Positions 11,369-23,014 of a stretch of 64,000 bases of DNA are shown piece by piece. The notes under the pieces are model-generated. The model was not told where the DNA came from. It saw only the letters and a list, made by a program, of their open reading frames with translations, and searched no databases. The first letter of the stretch is position 1. Each line of letters starts with the position of its first letter. The stretch spans positions 2,914,001 through 2,978,000 of the forward strand of contig JAYWIR010000016.1 of assembly GCA_036172245.1 (NCBI GenBank), in the 5' to 3' direction. Source of the DNA: Raillietiella orientalis. Its lineage: Eukaryota. The translations under genes were made by a program, and so were the position numbers.

Positions 11369-13323
11369 CTAGGCGGCAATCCTTTCATACAACCGCGTGC
11401 ACACCACGTCACCTGCCACGAGGACCTGGTTTCCAAGGAAACCCCGTTTCGTCCCTCCCTTCCCGTTCCTTTCTTCCATCGGTCCTTTACCATTTTCAGA
11501 CCGGTGTCCGTGAGCTCCCTGGTGATAGTGGTGTCCACGGGTCCCTTCTGTTTCTGGACCAGCTTGTTGTCCTCCAGCGTGACCACCGTCTGGGGGAAAG
11601 TGAGGAGGAGATGTGCGCCTCTCGTAACCACGGAGGAAGGGAGGAGACGTGGCGCGACCTCTTCCTCCCCGCGCTTTCCAGATTGCTCGTCCTACCTTGA
11701 CCCGGACTCCATCCGCCCTCTCCTCCTCGAACTCTTCTCCCAGCTTGAACTTGATCTCGGTCGTCTTGAACGTGGTGGTTGTTTTCAGAGTCCACTCGTC
11801 TCCCTCGATCTTGATTTCCTGGATAGGCAAGGCGGAGGCAGCCATTTTCCGGGTGACGAACCCGACATCTGGAAGAGTGAGGGTGAGGAGCAGACTCGGG
11901 GCGAAGACTCTGGCAGGGGAGGAGGGTGACTCGCGAGGGGTAGGTTCTTCCGGAGGCAGCCGCAGGCAGTGGAGCGGGCAGCGATATGATGCAGCCTAGA
12001 TGGGGGGGGGGGGGGGAGTTGGCAGCGACGCATCGCTGTTTCCTTCCTCCCTCATCCCCTCTCCTGCGGTCGACGGGCGGCAGCAATTTTCAGGAATGTT
12101 GCGTTCGTCTCCGTTTATTCGGTGCCTCCAGGTGCTGCGTAGGCAGAGACTGTGAACGAGACCGGAGGCGAAAAGTTTTTCTGGATGGAGAACGTCTTCA
12201 CGGATTCCCTCCGGACAGCACGCTGCGTACTGCCGCCTCTGTGTTCTCCTGCATCTCCAAGGCGGTGAAGGACACGCCCAGTTCCCTGCTCCTCCTAGGA
12301 GGACTCGCGCCCGCGACGGGTCCATCTCCGAAGGATGCAGCGAAGGAGAGGTGTGCGCATGCCCACTCGCCGGCCACTGCGGGTGTGCCTCCGGAGGAAG
12401 GGATCCGGCAGCAGGACGAGGAAGAAGATAGGAAGGGAGGCTGCGCCGCCACGGACGGTATCTTGGTTGGCGCTCATTGCTTTGCACCGACCGACAGCGA
12501 CTGAGGTACCGTGGACCGCATCCGCAGCGACGGCAGATCTTCGAGTCCACGTGGGCTCTGAGGTTTGACCTACCGCCCCGTCCCCTCGCTGCCTCCCCGT
12601 CTCGCGAGTCCAGCAGCGCAGGACTCTCTGGAGCTTGCTCTTCGCTTTCCCGCAATGGGAAGGAGACGCTAGAGAAGAGGCGTCGAACTCCGGGGACGAG
12701 GAAGAGGGAGGAGAAGGGCGGTGGCCGCTGCTGCCTTTCGACGAGAAGGGGGGGGGGAACGGCGACGCGTCTCCGGCGTGCTCCTTTTCTTGCGCGTTAT
12801 CGCGCCTTGTCGGTGGCGGCTGCGAAGTTCAACGGCTAGCGGGCGGTGAAAGCGGGGGTCGTGTTGAAGTCCCCGAGCAAACTGTTCCCTTGCAACCTCT
12901 GCCCGTGGCCGCGACTCACCCGGGTGCAGCGACGGCCAGCGGGAGACACTTTAGACGCAGCTGTCCGTCCTTGAGGACGCCTCTCCCTTCCCCGCTCGGG
13001 CTTACGCGCGAGAGCGAAAGGCGATGCATGACTTCTTCCTGGGAAGCTCCCTCTCCGGACGTGCCCGTTCTTCGCAGATGTCCGCAGGAGAGGGGCGCGA
13101 TAGGTGGGGTGGGAAAAGGCGAACGCCATGGACGGGTAGGATAGCAGGAAAGAGGAGGCAAGGAGGAGGAAGAGCACTCGTGGCCTCCCAACGCCACTCT
13201 GCGACCCGCCGCTCCCCCCCCCCCATCGGACCCCTCGGGTTAGCCTCCCTCCTTACCCAACTTCTTGAGGTACTCATCGAAGTTCTCACTCTTCACCAGC
13301 TTAAACTTCCCTGTGAAGCTCAT
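11369..13323 (-). CDS. FABP: Fatty acid-binding protein (iLBP family), paralogue 1, 131 aa
   Basis: Exons 13323-13257 (67 nt), 11868-11696 (173), 11589-11491 (99), 11425-11369 (57), all GT-AG. Product [33 protein letters not shown]...KTTTTFKTTEIKFKLGEEFEEE.ADG...CTRLYERIAA. Canonical FABP intron positions and R..R-x-Y ligand triad. Confidence 0.96.
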
Positions 13324-16300
13324 CCTGCGGGGCAGTTTGGTATACGGTTGTTGCTGAGGAGACGGGAGGGTCGGTCCTGCTGTTAGTTCGGGTCGGCCTG
13401 GAAACGCGCACTGCGCTGCCTCGCGCCGCGCGCTTCGGGGACACGTCGAGAGGGGGGAGGTTCCAGAATTGCCGCCGCCGCCGCTGCCGCCGCTGAGGGA
13501 CGGAGGGGAGGAGCACGAGACGCGCGCGCGCCGGCGGCGGGGCCAGAAGCTGCCGCCGCCAGCGAGGGCTCCACTCGTAATCCCTTCCTCCCGTCCCCAC
13601 CCTACCTCGAGCGCGCTCGTGTCCGCCTTGCCCCTAACCGAGATCTGAAGCGCCGCTGCCGCGCACGCGCGCACCCTGGCAGGAGGCTCCTTCCGCTCTT
13701 TCGTCCTCCTGGTGTGCGCGCGCGTGCGAGAGAGAGAAAGAATAGGGGAAGGAAAACGACGTTCCCTTGGGACTCGCGGAGCGACCGCGAGAGAGCGTGC
13801 GCACTCCTGTGCGTGCAAAAGGGGGAAGAGGGAAGGGACCCTTCGACTTTCGTCAGCCGGCACGCACGCGACGCGCTCGCGGGCCGCTTCAAGAGAGGTT
13901 CGTGTTCCTGACGGCTCTTCCTACGTCATCCGGCCCGACACGCCTCCCCAGGGCGCCTCGCAGACGAGTGTTCCCGGGAACCTCTCACCAGCACCTCCCC
14001 CCCCCCTTCCGCCTACGTCAGCCGCAGCTCGGATGGCCGAGGAAGAACGGGTGGAGGATCTTCCTGCTGCCGCCCACCCATTCCTCTTGGGGACGCGACA
14101 AAGTTTCTCTCGGCGGGTGGCGTTCGTGCGGACGTGACCCCGCAGGGCCGGTCGTTTTCACTGGAATGCGCAACTCCGTGAACCGAAGCGCGGCTTCATT
14201 CTCCCTCTCTCTTCCGATGGGGGGAGGAGGAACGACAAGCCCCGATGCTGTCAGTCCGCGCGGTTGTCCGGGAGACGGGGACCGACCCCCGGCACACTGC
14301 TCTGTTCGCCGCTGCCGCCTGATGGTAGCTGCCGCTTTGCACATGTCCGGAGAGCACCGTGGTGCGGGAAGAGAGAGGGTAGCTGGGCTGTGAATGGGGG
14401 ATGCAACCACTCATGTGAACTCGAAGGTCCTTCGTTCCCACAGGACACATCCGAGAGCGCGAGTTCGCGCTCGAGCGCTGCCAGGTCGCTTGCACGAGGC
14501 GTCTCATGGACGGCAGCTCGAGTCAAGGTCTCGCCCCAGGCACGTTCTTTTTTTTTTTATTCTGTTTTTTTCTGACGTTTTTTTTCCTCCTCCCCCCCCC
14601 CCCCCCTGCTTGTTAGTGCGCGTTCGCCGGCGCGAGGTCTCCTGGATTCGGGCGGGAGTCCAAAGCTCGTGTGACGTTCGCACGTTGCGCGCGCGCTCAT
14701 CTGCCAGATGTGCTGACGTGCGCGCGACTGTTCTCGTCCGAAGCTCAGCAGTGGCAGCGGCTCCGCGCGCCTGGGAGGAGCGGCAGGCGGAAAGGAAACG
14801 AGGAGGATGAGAGAGATGGGAAGAGGAGGCAGACGCAGTGAAGGGGGATAACGTCTCTGGGAAAGTCCGATGGCGACTTAGGGAGCGGTACTGGAGGGGG
14901 AAGAGGAGGGGAGCAGATGCATGTGGAGAAGTCCTGTCCCAGGTGGCGGTTCTAATTCCACTCTTCCTTCCTCCCTCGCCCTCGCGGTCTGGCGTTCGAG
15001 AACGGAGGGTGGGAAGGTGGGCTGCTGGATCAGCAAAGCGTCTTTCTCTGCACGAGCCTGATGGCCTTTGGGGGGAAGGGGGGGGGACAGCGGTCTCTCT
15101 GTTGAGAGAAGGCGCCAGAGGTCAAGCCTGTTGCGCTTCAGGTCCATTTCGCAGCTAGCGAGCGACTGCGCAGACGCCTCTGCCGGGGTTACTTCGGAGA
15201 GGCGGACGGCGTGACGTAAAGGGAAGGGGAGGCGGAGGGAGAAGTGAGGGAGGCTGCAGTCGTGGCGGAGGTGGTGGTGATGCCAGGAAAGGGCCACCCG
15301 CTTTGCATTACCCTCTGCAGAAGCAAGGAAAGGAGGAGGGAAGAGGAGGAGGACGTCCGGGAAGCTGCTACACTTTCAGCACTTGCGGCGCATGTCTGTT
15401 GGAAGGAGGGGGGCGGGAGGAGAACCCGGTGGAAGAGCAGAAAAAGCCTCGGATGAGCGACAAGCAGGTCGAACTCGCGACTAGCCGGGAGAGCATCCGT
15501 CTGAAATGAAATTGTCCAGACGCTCGGAGATTGGAAGGAAAGGGAGGAAAGCAGGAAAGGGGACGGAGGAGGAAACTCGCGGGTCCTCGCAAGCCCTTCG
15601 GGCCAGAGGAGAATCCACTGGAGCCTGGCGCTGCTGAAGGAGGGAAGCGAAGTCGAAATGTGCTCGACCCCCTCTGAGGCAGAACCCGTTCTCGGTGGCG
15701 TGGGGGCTTGGGGGGGGGGGGGGGGGGGAACGCTACCGTCGTGTCCAAGGCGTCGGGCCAGTTAAGTTGAAACATTCCACCCCGGCGAGCATCCGGCAAG
15801 AGGGAACCTGGCGCCTTCGCTGCCCACCGCGACCCAGCCGGCGGACGCGCGCGTGGGTCCCTCAACCTCCCGTATCTCTTCGAGTGTTCTGCACGGCGAA
15901 CGTGGAGGCGAAGGCATCGTTTGCAGACGACTTCCGTACTGACCGGGTCCAAGCAGGGTGGCACCTGCTGCTACCCGCTGATGAGGCTCCTGGTGATGGG
16001 TCCACAGCAAGGAAGCAAAAGCGAAAAGGGAGGAAGAGGAACACGGGGGCCGGGAAGGCTTGCTTCCCTCCTTTCAACCCTTTCCTTCGCCCCGAGGGCG
16101 GCACGCTGATCTCGGACCTGGATAAAAACCGCGTGTCGCGAGGCGGTAGCTCCCTGTGCCTAGGGCACCGAGGGCATGCATTTTCATCCACGGAAGCCAA
16201 TCCTCCTCCCTCTCCTCGTGAGCACGGCGCACCTCGACCGGCAGCGGCGGCAGAGGAAGGATGCCGACTCCGCAGCCGTTCCTCCCGAACGGAAGACTGT

Positions 16301-19300
16301 ACGACTTGCAGCGGATCGCTCCCGGCCGTCTTCGAACGCCGAGGGCACGGGGCGGCCGTGCTGGGGGCTGCTGCTGGAAGGCGAAGCTCCTGTCAGAGGC
16401 GCGGAGAGGAGGGAGAAGGGATCTGCAGAGAGAGTGAAAACGGCTTGGGAGGGGAGAGAGGGAGAGAAGGGGGAGCTCTGGCGGCGGTGGTCACACCCCT
16501 CTCTTCAGCCGTGGTGGGCCGCCGCAGCAGGTCTCGTCGGCAAACTACGCACACGTAGCAGCAGCCCAGGCGCAATCGCCTGCGGCTAGCCAGCGACTCG
16601 CAGATCGAACGGCGGCGGCACCGTACACTAGCTGGGAGGCAGCTTCCTTTTTTGTGTGTTTTCGCCGGCCTCCAACAACGAGGTAGCTGGGTTGCTGCTG
16701 GATGATTTCAGCATCCTCTCGTGCTGCAGGCGCATCTCAGGGGAACAAGCGTGCCGCGGCAAAAGTGGCAGCGGTGGCGAGAAGCCGGCGCGCGCGCTTC
16801 CCCCTCACCCTCCCCTCTCTCCTCCGGGAGAGCGGCATCTCCCGAGGCTGGCTGAAGCGCACCTGGACGGCGGAGCCGTGCACGCAACTTCCTGGTGGCC
16901 TCCAAGCGCGGTACTTTGCCATCTTACCCGCGAGAGGCAGCCAATCCTCGAGAATCCTCAAAAAGACCTTTTTCTGGTGTGGGCGGAGTAAAGGGGAAGG
17001 AGGGGCGAGGCGGGTCGTGCTGTTGCCCTCCCCCTCTTTGCCGGAGGATGCGTGCGTCCGTCTTTTCACACCGCGCCGTGCGACCTCAGGCGTGCCTGCG
17101 GAAGAGGTCCGTCGTGCTGGCGCTCGTGCGAAGGCTCGTCCGCTTCGTCACCCTCCCTTTTTACGCCGGACAATGCCCATCTCCTTCGCCGCGATGAGAA
17201 ACGCTCCTGGAAGAGCGGCAGTCGGGTGATCCCGGGTTCCGTCTTCACGTCCCCTCACATCCGTGGAACCGGCAGCAGCGCCGAAGGCGGCGGCGGACCG
17301 AAGACGTCAGAGGAAAGTAACCGAGCCAGCAGATGGGCCGCGGCCGGCGCCCGCTCGCTGACGTGGCGCTGCACCAGCGTGCGCTTCGCCCAGCGCGAAG
17401 CTTCCCTCGGGAATTGAGGGAAAGAGTCAAGTCGGAGCCGTAGGAGCTGCCAATCCCCCCCCCCCCTCCTGCTCGATCCCGTGTAGCTTCCGACCACACG
17501 AAAATGGCTTCGCGACCGGGCCACGCGGTCGCAGATGAGCGAACATGAGGACAAGGAACGGAGACAGAAGAGAGAGCAGAGGGAGGCGCGATGGCGATGC
17601 GCAGGTTCTAGCGCACGCCTGCGTGCGCGCGTGAGGGGAAATCGGACCCAATCCTGAATCTCGCAGCCTCCTCCACGTTCGCCGTTTCTCTTTAGTCCAC
17701 ATCTGTATCGAGAGGCCAGCACTCACTTCTTCCTCTTCCCATTCCACAGTCCCGCTCTCCTGAACATTCTACCGCGGTCGCGCCGGCGCCCATCGGGTTG
17801 GCAAAAAATAAATAAATAAAAAGAGGGGAGGGAGAAATCGAGGACACATGGAGGACACGCCTTGCCAGGCGTCCGAACCTCCCCCCGCGGCTTCTCCGGG
17901 ACTCCCACAGTGGTCGTCGGGAACGTTTCGACGGCTCCCAGCCTTCCTCTCGGTTGTACCTTTCTCGGACGTGATGTCAGGACCGCTTTCGACTTTCTCG
18001 GTTTACCGCATCCGATGGACCATCCGGATGCCTGGCGAGGACCTCTCCCTCTATCTCTTTTCTTCGGATCGGCGCCCCCAGTGTCCTTCCAGAAGAGCAA
18101 AAGCAGTTGATCTTTGCCAAGAGAATCGGACCGCTGCTGCTTCGTGGAGCGCTCCCTCTGGGACGGAGAGAAGAGCTTTCATCTGCCCGTCTCCGGGCCT
18201 CCCGGGATGGAGGGAGCCGTGCCTTCTCCGTCTTCTCCGCACCAAATTTCAGAATGTGGAGCGCAGGAAGAGCCCTCCAGAGAAACTGGGAAGCGTCCCT
18301 TCTCGAAGGTCCTCTTCCAGAGGAGGAAACGATGGGCATTTCCCTTAGGGGTTTCCTCCGCAGAAGAAATGAAAACCGGTCCCGTCCGGGGGAGCTCTTC
18401 GAGGTTCCCCCTTCCAAGCGTGAGAGGATCGGACTTCTCCCTCCGGACTCCTTCCTGGATTCACAGGGTGATACCCTGCCGGGTACCCCCTACCTCGATA
18501 GGTTACACGCGCACTCTCGGGTGGCGTGGACGGTGCCGAAGAAGAGCATCGTGAGCTCTCCTCTAGGAGGCGGACAGTTCTTCAGCATCCCTTGAGAACC
18601 AAAAAATGAAAACCAGAAAGCAAAGAAAAACAAAAAAAGCTGTAAGGAAAGCAGGGAAAAGAGAAGAACCCGGAAGGATCTCATTATCCAGCCGTCGAGG
18701 GTTTCTTCCCTAGACTGGCAGGGCACAGAGGCTGCCAGTGGAGTTTGACGCTCTCCCCCCCCCCCTCCTTTGCATCTCATGTGGCTTAGCGTGCTGCACC
18801 AAACATCGCCAGAAGGGGGCAGTAAGGGAATCGCTCCCCCTCCTCCTCCTTTCCATCCGGAGACGCTGCTCTCCTGGCGGCCGAGTCCGCTTTTCTCGGA
18901 GGAACCGCGTTCTTAACTCCGTTTTGGGTTTCCTCCCGCTGCCGCGCAACCGCTGGAGAGGAGAGGCGGCAGGGAGGGAGATGAGGGAGAGGCCGAGTCT
19001 CCTGGTCTTTCCCGCTCCTCCGGCGAGCCGCTCCCCTTCCCGAAAGGCTTCCCGTGGCGCCGCCGCGGGGTCCTGCTCGCTTCTTTCCCCGCCTAGCCGC
19101 CGCACTCTCCATGAAGGGAAGGCGGCAGCCCTGCAACCAGTCAGGAGAGCGGCGGCGCGACCCTCGGTTTTTCGTCCGTCGTCGCCCGCGGAGCCAGGCG
19201 CCTCGGCGAGCGGGCGTCGTCCCCGCGGCGGCGTTTTCCGCAGCTGCTATTCGGCTCCTTCCGCCAGAGGGTCGCGCAGACGTACCCGGGAGATCCCGGG

Positions 19301-20612
19301 TGCGGAACGCGCGCGTACGCCTCTGCAAGAGCCGGCGGCAGACCCGTCATCGTAGCAACCGGTGTAAACAAAAGGTGCCAGCTGCTGCCCCTCCTCCCTT
19401 CCCGATCCCATCCCGCTTTTTCGTCTCTTCCACCTTTTTTCCCCAATTTTCGTTTCTCTCTTTCCCGCCGCGCTCGCTGCCCTCCGCCGCTTGTACGTTG
19501 TTCGGTGCTGCACGGTTCCACGCAGCGCAGGATGCCTCCGTTCCCCCGTGGACAGGGCGCGCGACCACGTGATCGAAGCTCTTTCTAACCCAAGCAGCCT
19601 CTCGGCCTCCCATCCTCCCCTTCCTTTCCGTCACCGCGGAGAGACTGCCCCTCCTCATTCCCGGGTCGAGACATCAAGAGTCGAAGTCACCGCCTTTCCT
19701 CCTCGGCCCGACCGGGCAAGCGAGCCGATCCGGGGCAGACGTCCGCTCCCGAAATGCAGGGAGCACCGGAAACGCCGCAGCAGGCGCGGCAGGAGGCGGC
19801 TCCGAGACTCCCGGGTCCTCCGAGCTCCGCAGGGAGAAAGCGGTTTCCGGCCTGGCTCAGTTGGCAGCAGGCAAGCATCACGCTGCGTTGCTATTGGTTA
19901 CTCCGGTCTTGTCGCCCTCATTGCTGCTGCCGTCATCCCTCCAGCTCTCGCCCTGGATCGCGTGCTTCACTCGCATTTTTCTCCTTCTCCTGACGTCACT
20001 GAGGGCCGGACCCCGGACGGTGGTGATGCGCAGACCGGAACCGGCTAACCCGAGGCAGCGCCTTCCGGCCTTCGCGAACGAGCATGAGCTCCGGGCCAGC
20101 CCCAAGGGACATGCGCGTCCATCCTTCTCCGACCCCGGAACCAGTTCGGCCTCTCTTTTCCCGCCCTTCCTCCTCGGAACAGGAGTGGCGTGGAGGCAGG
20201 AGGACGCAGGCCCGGAGATCCCTGCCTACCGGCTGTCGTCGCACGAGCATTCCCTGTGGACCTTCCGAAGGGGGAGAGGGCTCCGGGACCGCTCACGGGG
20301 GACGGCCGTCTTCGGGGGCTCCCCGGCTGAGCCGGCAGCGGACTGTCTGGCGTCAAGATGCTGGGAGAGTTCCTTCTCGATCTCTCTGGTGACGGAGAAG
20401 GAGTCGAAGGAAGGGAGGGGAGAGGTCACCGAGAGGCGCGCCTTCCCTGGAGGCGGCATGGGGCCCTGTGCTTTGGGGAACCGGCCGTCCGGCAGGATCA
20501 CGGCCCGATGTGATCTGGAAGGGGGGAGGGGTCTCGCCTCTAGATTTTGGGCTCTCCGGGATGCGCCGTCTCTCTGCCTTCTCCCCTCCCCAGCTTTCAG
20601 GGTGAACACTGT

Positions 20613-20675
20613 GAACGCTCCGTCCGTCAGAGCCCGGAGGGAGAATCCCTCCGGGCTCTGACGGACGGAGCGTTC
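20613..20675. repeat. Perfect inverted repeat/hairpin: 30-bp arms, 3-nt loop
   Basis: GAACGCTCCGTCCGTCAGAGCCCGGAGGGA (20613-20642) - GAA - TCCCTCCGGGCTCTGACGGACGGAGCGTTC (20646-20675); the arms are exact reverse complements. Confidence 0.97.
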
Positions 20676-21475
20676 GCTAAGCTGCTCCCGCGTCGCCTTC
20701 TTGCGTAATCCCCTGCGTCTTCTCGCCTGCCACCTCTAGGAGAGGGCCCCGCATTTTGCTGCGACAGTGGCGACCTCCGGAGCATGTCTTGGAGGGCCGC
20801 GAGAGGGTGGGAAGAGGAGTCTTTCAGGAAGAGGTGGGAAGGGAGAAGGAGGAGGAACCCCTGGCGTTCCCTGAAGAATGCGCTAGGCTAGGATCTGAGA
20901 CCTTCCCCTGCCCTTAGCGTCAGCTAAGGGACCCCCTAAATCGAAGAGGGAAACTCGAGAGGGACTCCCTCTCTCTGGGCAGGGCGGAGTGGCTGCGGAT
21001 GGGGAGCGGCCTGCTGCCCGCTGCTGCAGCAGGTCGCTTCCCTTGGGGCGGCTAGAGGGAGGCAGGCATGGAAGAGAAACGGGAGGAGGAAGGAGTTGGT
21101 GAGGAAAGGGAGAGGAGAAGAGTGGACATGATGAGCCGCCGCCCAGGGGCTCTCCTTCGTCGAGATAAAGCCCACTTCCTCCTCCTCCTTTCCTCACTCT
21201 CTTCCTCTTGCACGCGCACCACTGCCGGAGTCGCCAGCGCGCGGAACGCCTCCAGACGCCGAAGCGCAAGGCCGGTAGCCGGGGGCAGGGCAGACCCGCC
21301 CAGCAAGTGCAGAGGCGGCTCGCCACGTCACGTTCTGTTCGGCGGAAGGAGGGGGGAGGAATGCCCAGCTCTCTCCCGCCGACGGGGAGCCTGACCGAAC
21401 CAGGACCCCCTCCACTCTCCTTTCCCCGTCTCATTCCCTTCCTCGCGGCAGAGGAAAGAGGGGAGGGGTGAGCAC

Positions 21476-23014
21476 ATGTCCCTCTTCCCACAACAGCAGG
21501 GGCGCATACCGTTCGCATCCTCTTCTGCGCGCTCTCGCGAGCTCCCTCCGGTCGCAGGTCCCCGGGAGTCAGCTGCTCGGAGAGAACTCGTCTCTTTCCT
21601 TTGGCTGGCGGACTGGGGATCTGACTCTCCCGGGAGAGGAATCGGACGTCCCACGTGTGGGGCCCTCCCTCCGCACCTGAAGAACCTCCGTCAGCACGCG
21701 GCGGCCTTCTCTTGCGAGCGGGGATGCCGACTACTGCAACCGCCGTGCTGGCAGGCAGTCGCGCTCTCCTACCCCACTTCTCCCTTGCATCCCTCCTCTT
21801 GTGTTCCCCTTTCTCCCCTCCCGGCAGATATATTCCCGTCCCAATCGCTTTCCTGGAAGCAGCACGGGTCAGCGTCGACCGGGCACGCCCAGATTGCAGG
21901 AGATAAGGAGGGAAGAGAGCAATGGGATGATGGGAAAGAGGGGGGGAGCTGGAGAGGCGACGGTTGCCTGCCGACTGCGCGCTCGCGGGTAGCCGAGTTG
22001 CCTGGATATGACAGGCTACAGGAGACACACCTCCGGGTGGGCTCGCGGCCGGCGGAAGGGAGACTCGGAAAAGCTGCGGAAGGGGGGGGGGGAGGCTGGG
22101 AAGATGAGGAGCGGAGGGAGCTGCCGTCCTTGAGCTTCTCTTCCTCGCGGAATGATTCTGCGGCAGCGCTCGGGTCGCGCTGGTTGCAAGATGGCGCTTC
22201 GAGCAGACCGCGCCAGTTCCTTCTGGGAGAAGAGTGTCGATCCCGACCCCGGGACCGGTCCCTGCAGCATCCCTTGATACGAGTCTGCCTCATGACCTGC
22301 GGTTCTTCCCTGGTCAAGAAGCAGTCCCTCCAGGTCCCCAGCCTCCGCCACCTCCGCCGCGCGAGGAAGGGGAGAGGAAGACGCTCATCCCTGGCAGCAG
22401 CAGCAGAACGAGGCTGTATCAGCATCCCGAGGCTCACGAGCAAGTGGAGGAGTTCCGCGGATGCTCGAAAGAGGGAACAGGAGTTGGCATCGCAGGGTGC
22501 CGCAGTCCGGGTTCACGGACGGGTGCTGCAGGAAGGGACGATTCCGCTAGCGGGAAGAAAGCCCACTGGGAAGGAAGCACCGGAAGAATTCCAGATTCCT
22601 CCACCCAGGAGAACTCCGACGACACTTGTGAGGTCCGATTCTCTGCTGGAGGCAAGGCTGGGAGGAGGAAGGCGAACAAAGAAACGCTCCTCGAGAGGAG
22701 GTTTGGAGCTCCCGCGGCGCGTCGTCCGTAGCGCGGCAATGGAGGGCGCGATAGACAGACCCTTCCCCCTTTCCAAGGATCGCCGATGGATCCGGCGACT
22801 CTTGCGAGAATTCCTTCCCCGTCTAGAGCTGAGTGAGACTCCCCTCGTGACCTCCTCGGCGCTCCCGCGGACTTCCCTTCCTTCGCCAAATCCTCCAGGT
22901 GGGGAACCCTCCACCTGCCCTCTTCTCGGTTGTCGTGGGGAGGGGGGAGGGGGGCAAAGAGAAAGGAGCGACCCGGCCTCTCTCATCCGGGCTGCTTTCT
23001 CTCGTCGGCATTAG
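21476..23014 (+). CDS. Long orphan ORF (512 codons), possibly a large exon of an uncharacterised low-complexity protein
   Basis: Longest unexplained ORF in the GC-rich block; Ser/Arg/Pro-rich with no recognised domain. High GC inflates ORF lengths, so coding status and strand are uncertain. Confidence 0.3.
   Translation: MSLFPQQQGRIPFASSSARSRELPPVAGPRESAARRELVSFLWLADWGSDSPGRGIGRPTCGALPPHLKNLRQHAAAFSCERGCRLLQPPCWQAVALSYPTSPLHPSSCVPLSPLPADIFPSQSLSWKQHGSASTGHAQIAGDKEGREQWDDGKEGGSWRGDGCLPTARSRVAELPGYDRLQETHLRVGSRPAEGRLGKAAEGGGGGWEDEERRELPSLSFSSSRNDSAAALGSRWLQDGASSRPRQFLLGEECRSRPRDRSLQHPLIRVCLMTCGSSLVKKQSLQVPSLRHLRRARKGRGRRSSLAAAAERGCISIPRLTSKWRSSADARKREQELASQGAAVRVHGRVLQEGTIPLAGRKPTGKEAPEEFQIPPPRRTPTTLVRSDSLLEARLGGGRRTKKRSSRGGLELPRRVVRSAAMEGAIDRPFPLSKDRRWIRRLLREFLPRLELSETPLVTSSALPRTSLPSPNPPGGEPSTCPLLGCRGEGGGGQRERSDPASLIRAAFSRRH

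Noticed and set aside
11156..11929. 257-aa plus-strand ORF
   Set aside because: Antisense shadow of FABP exons 2-4.
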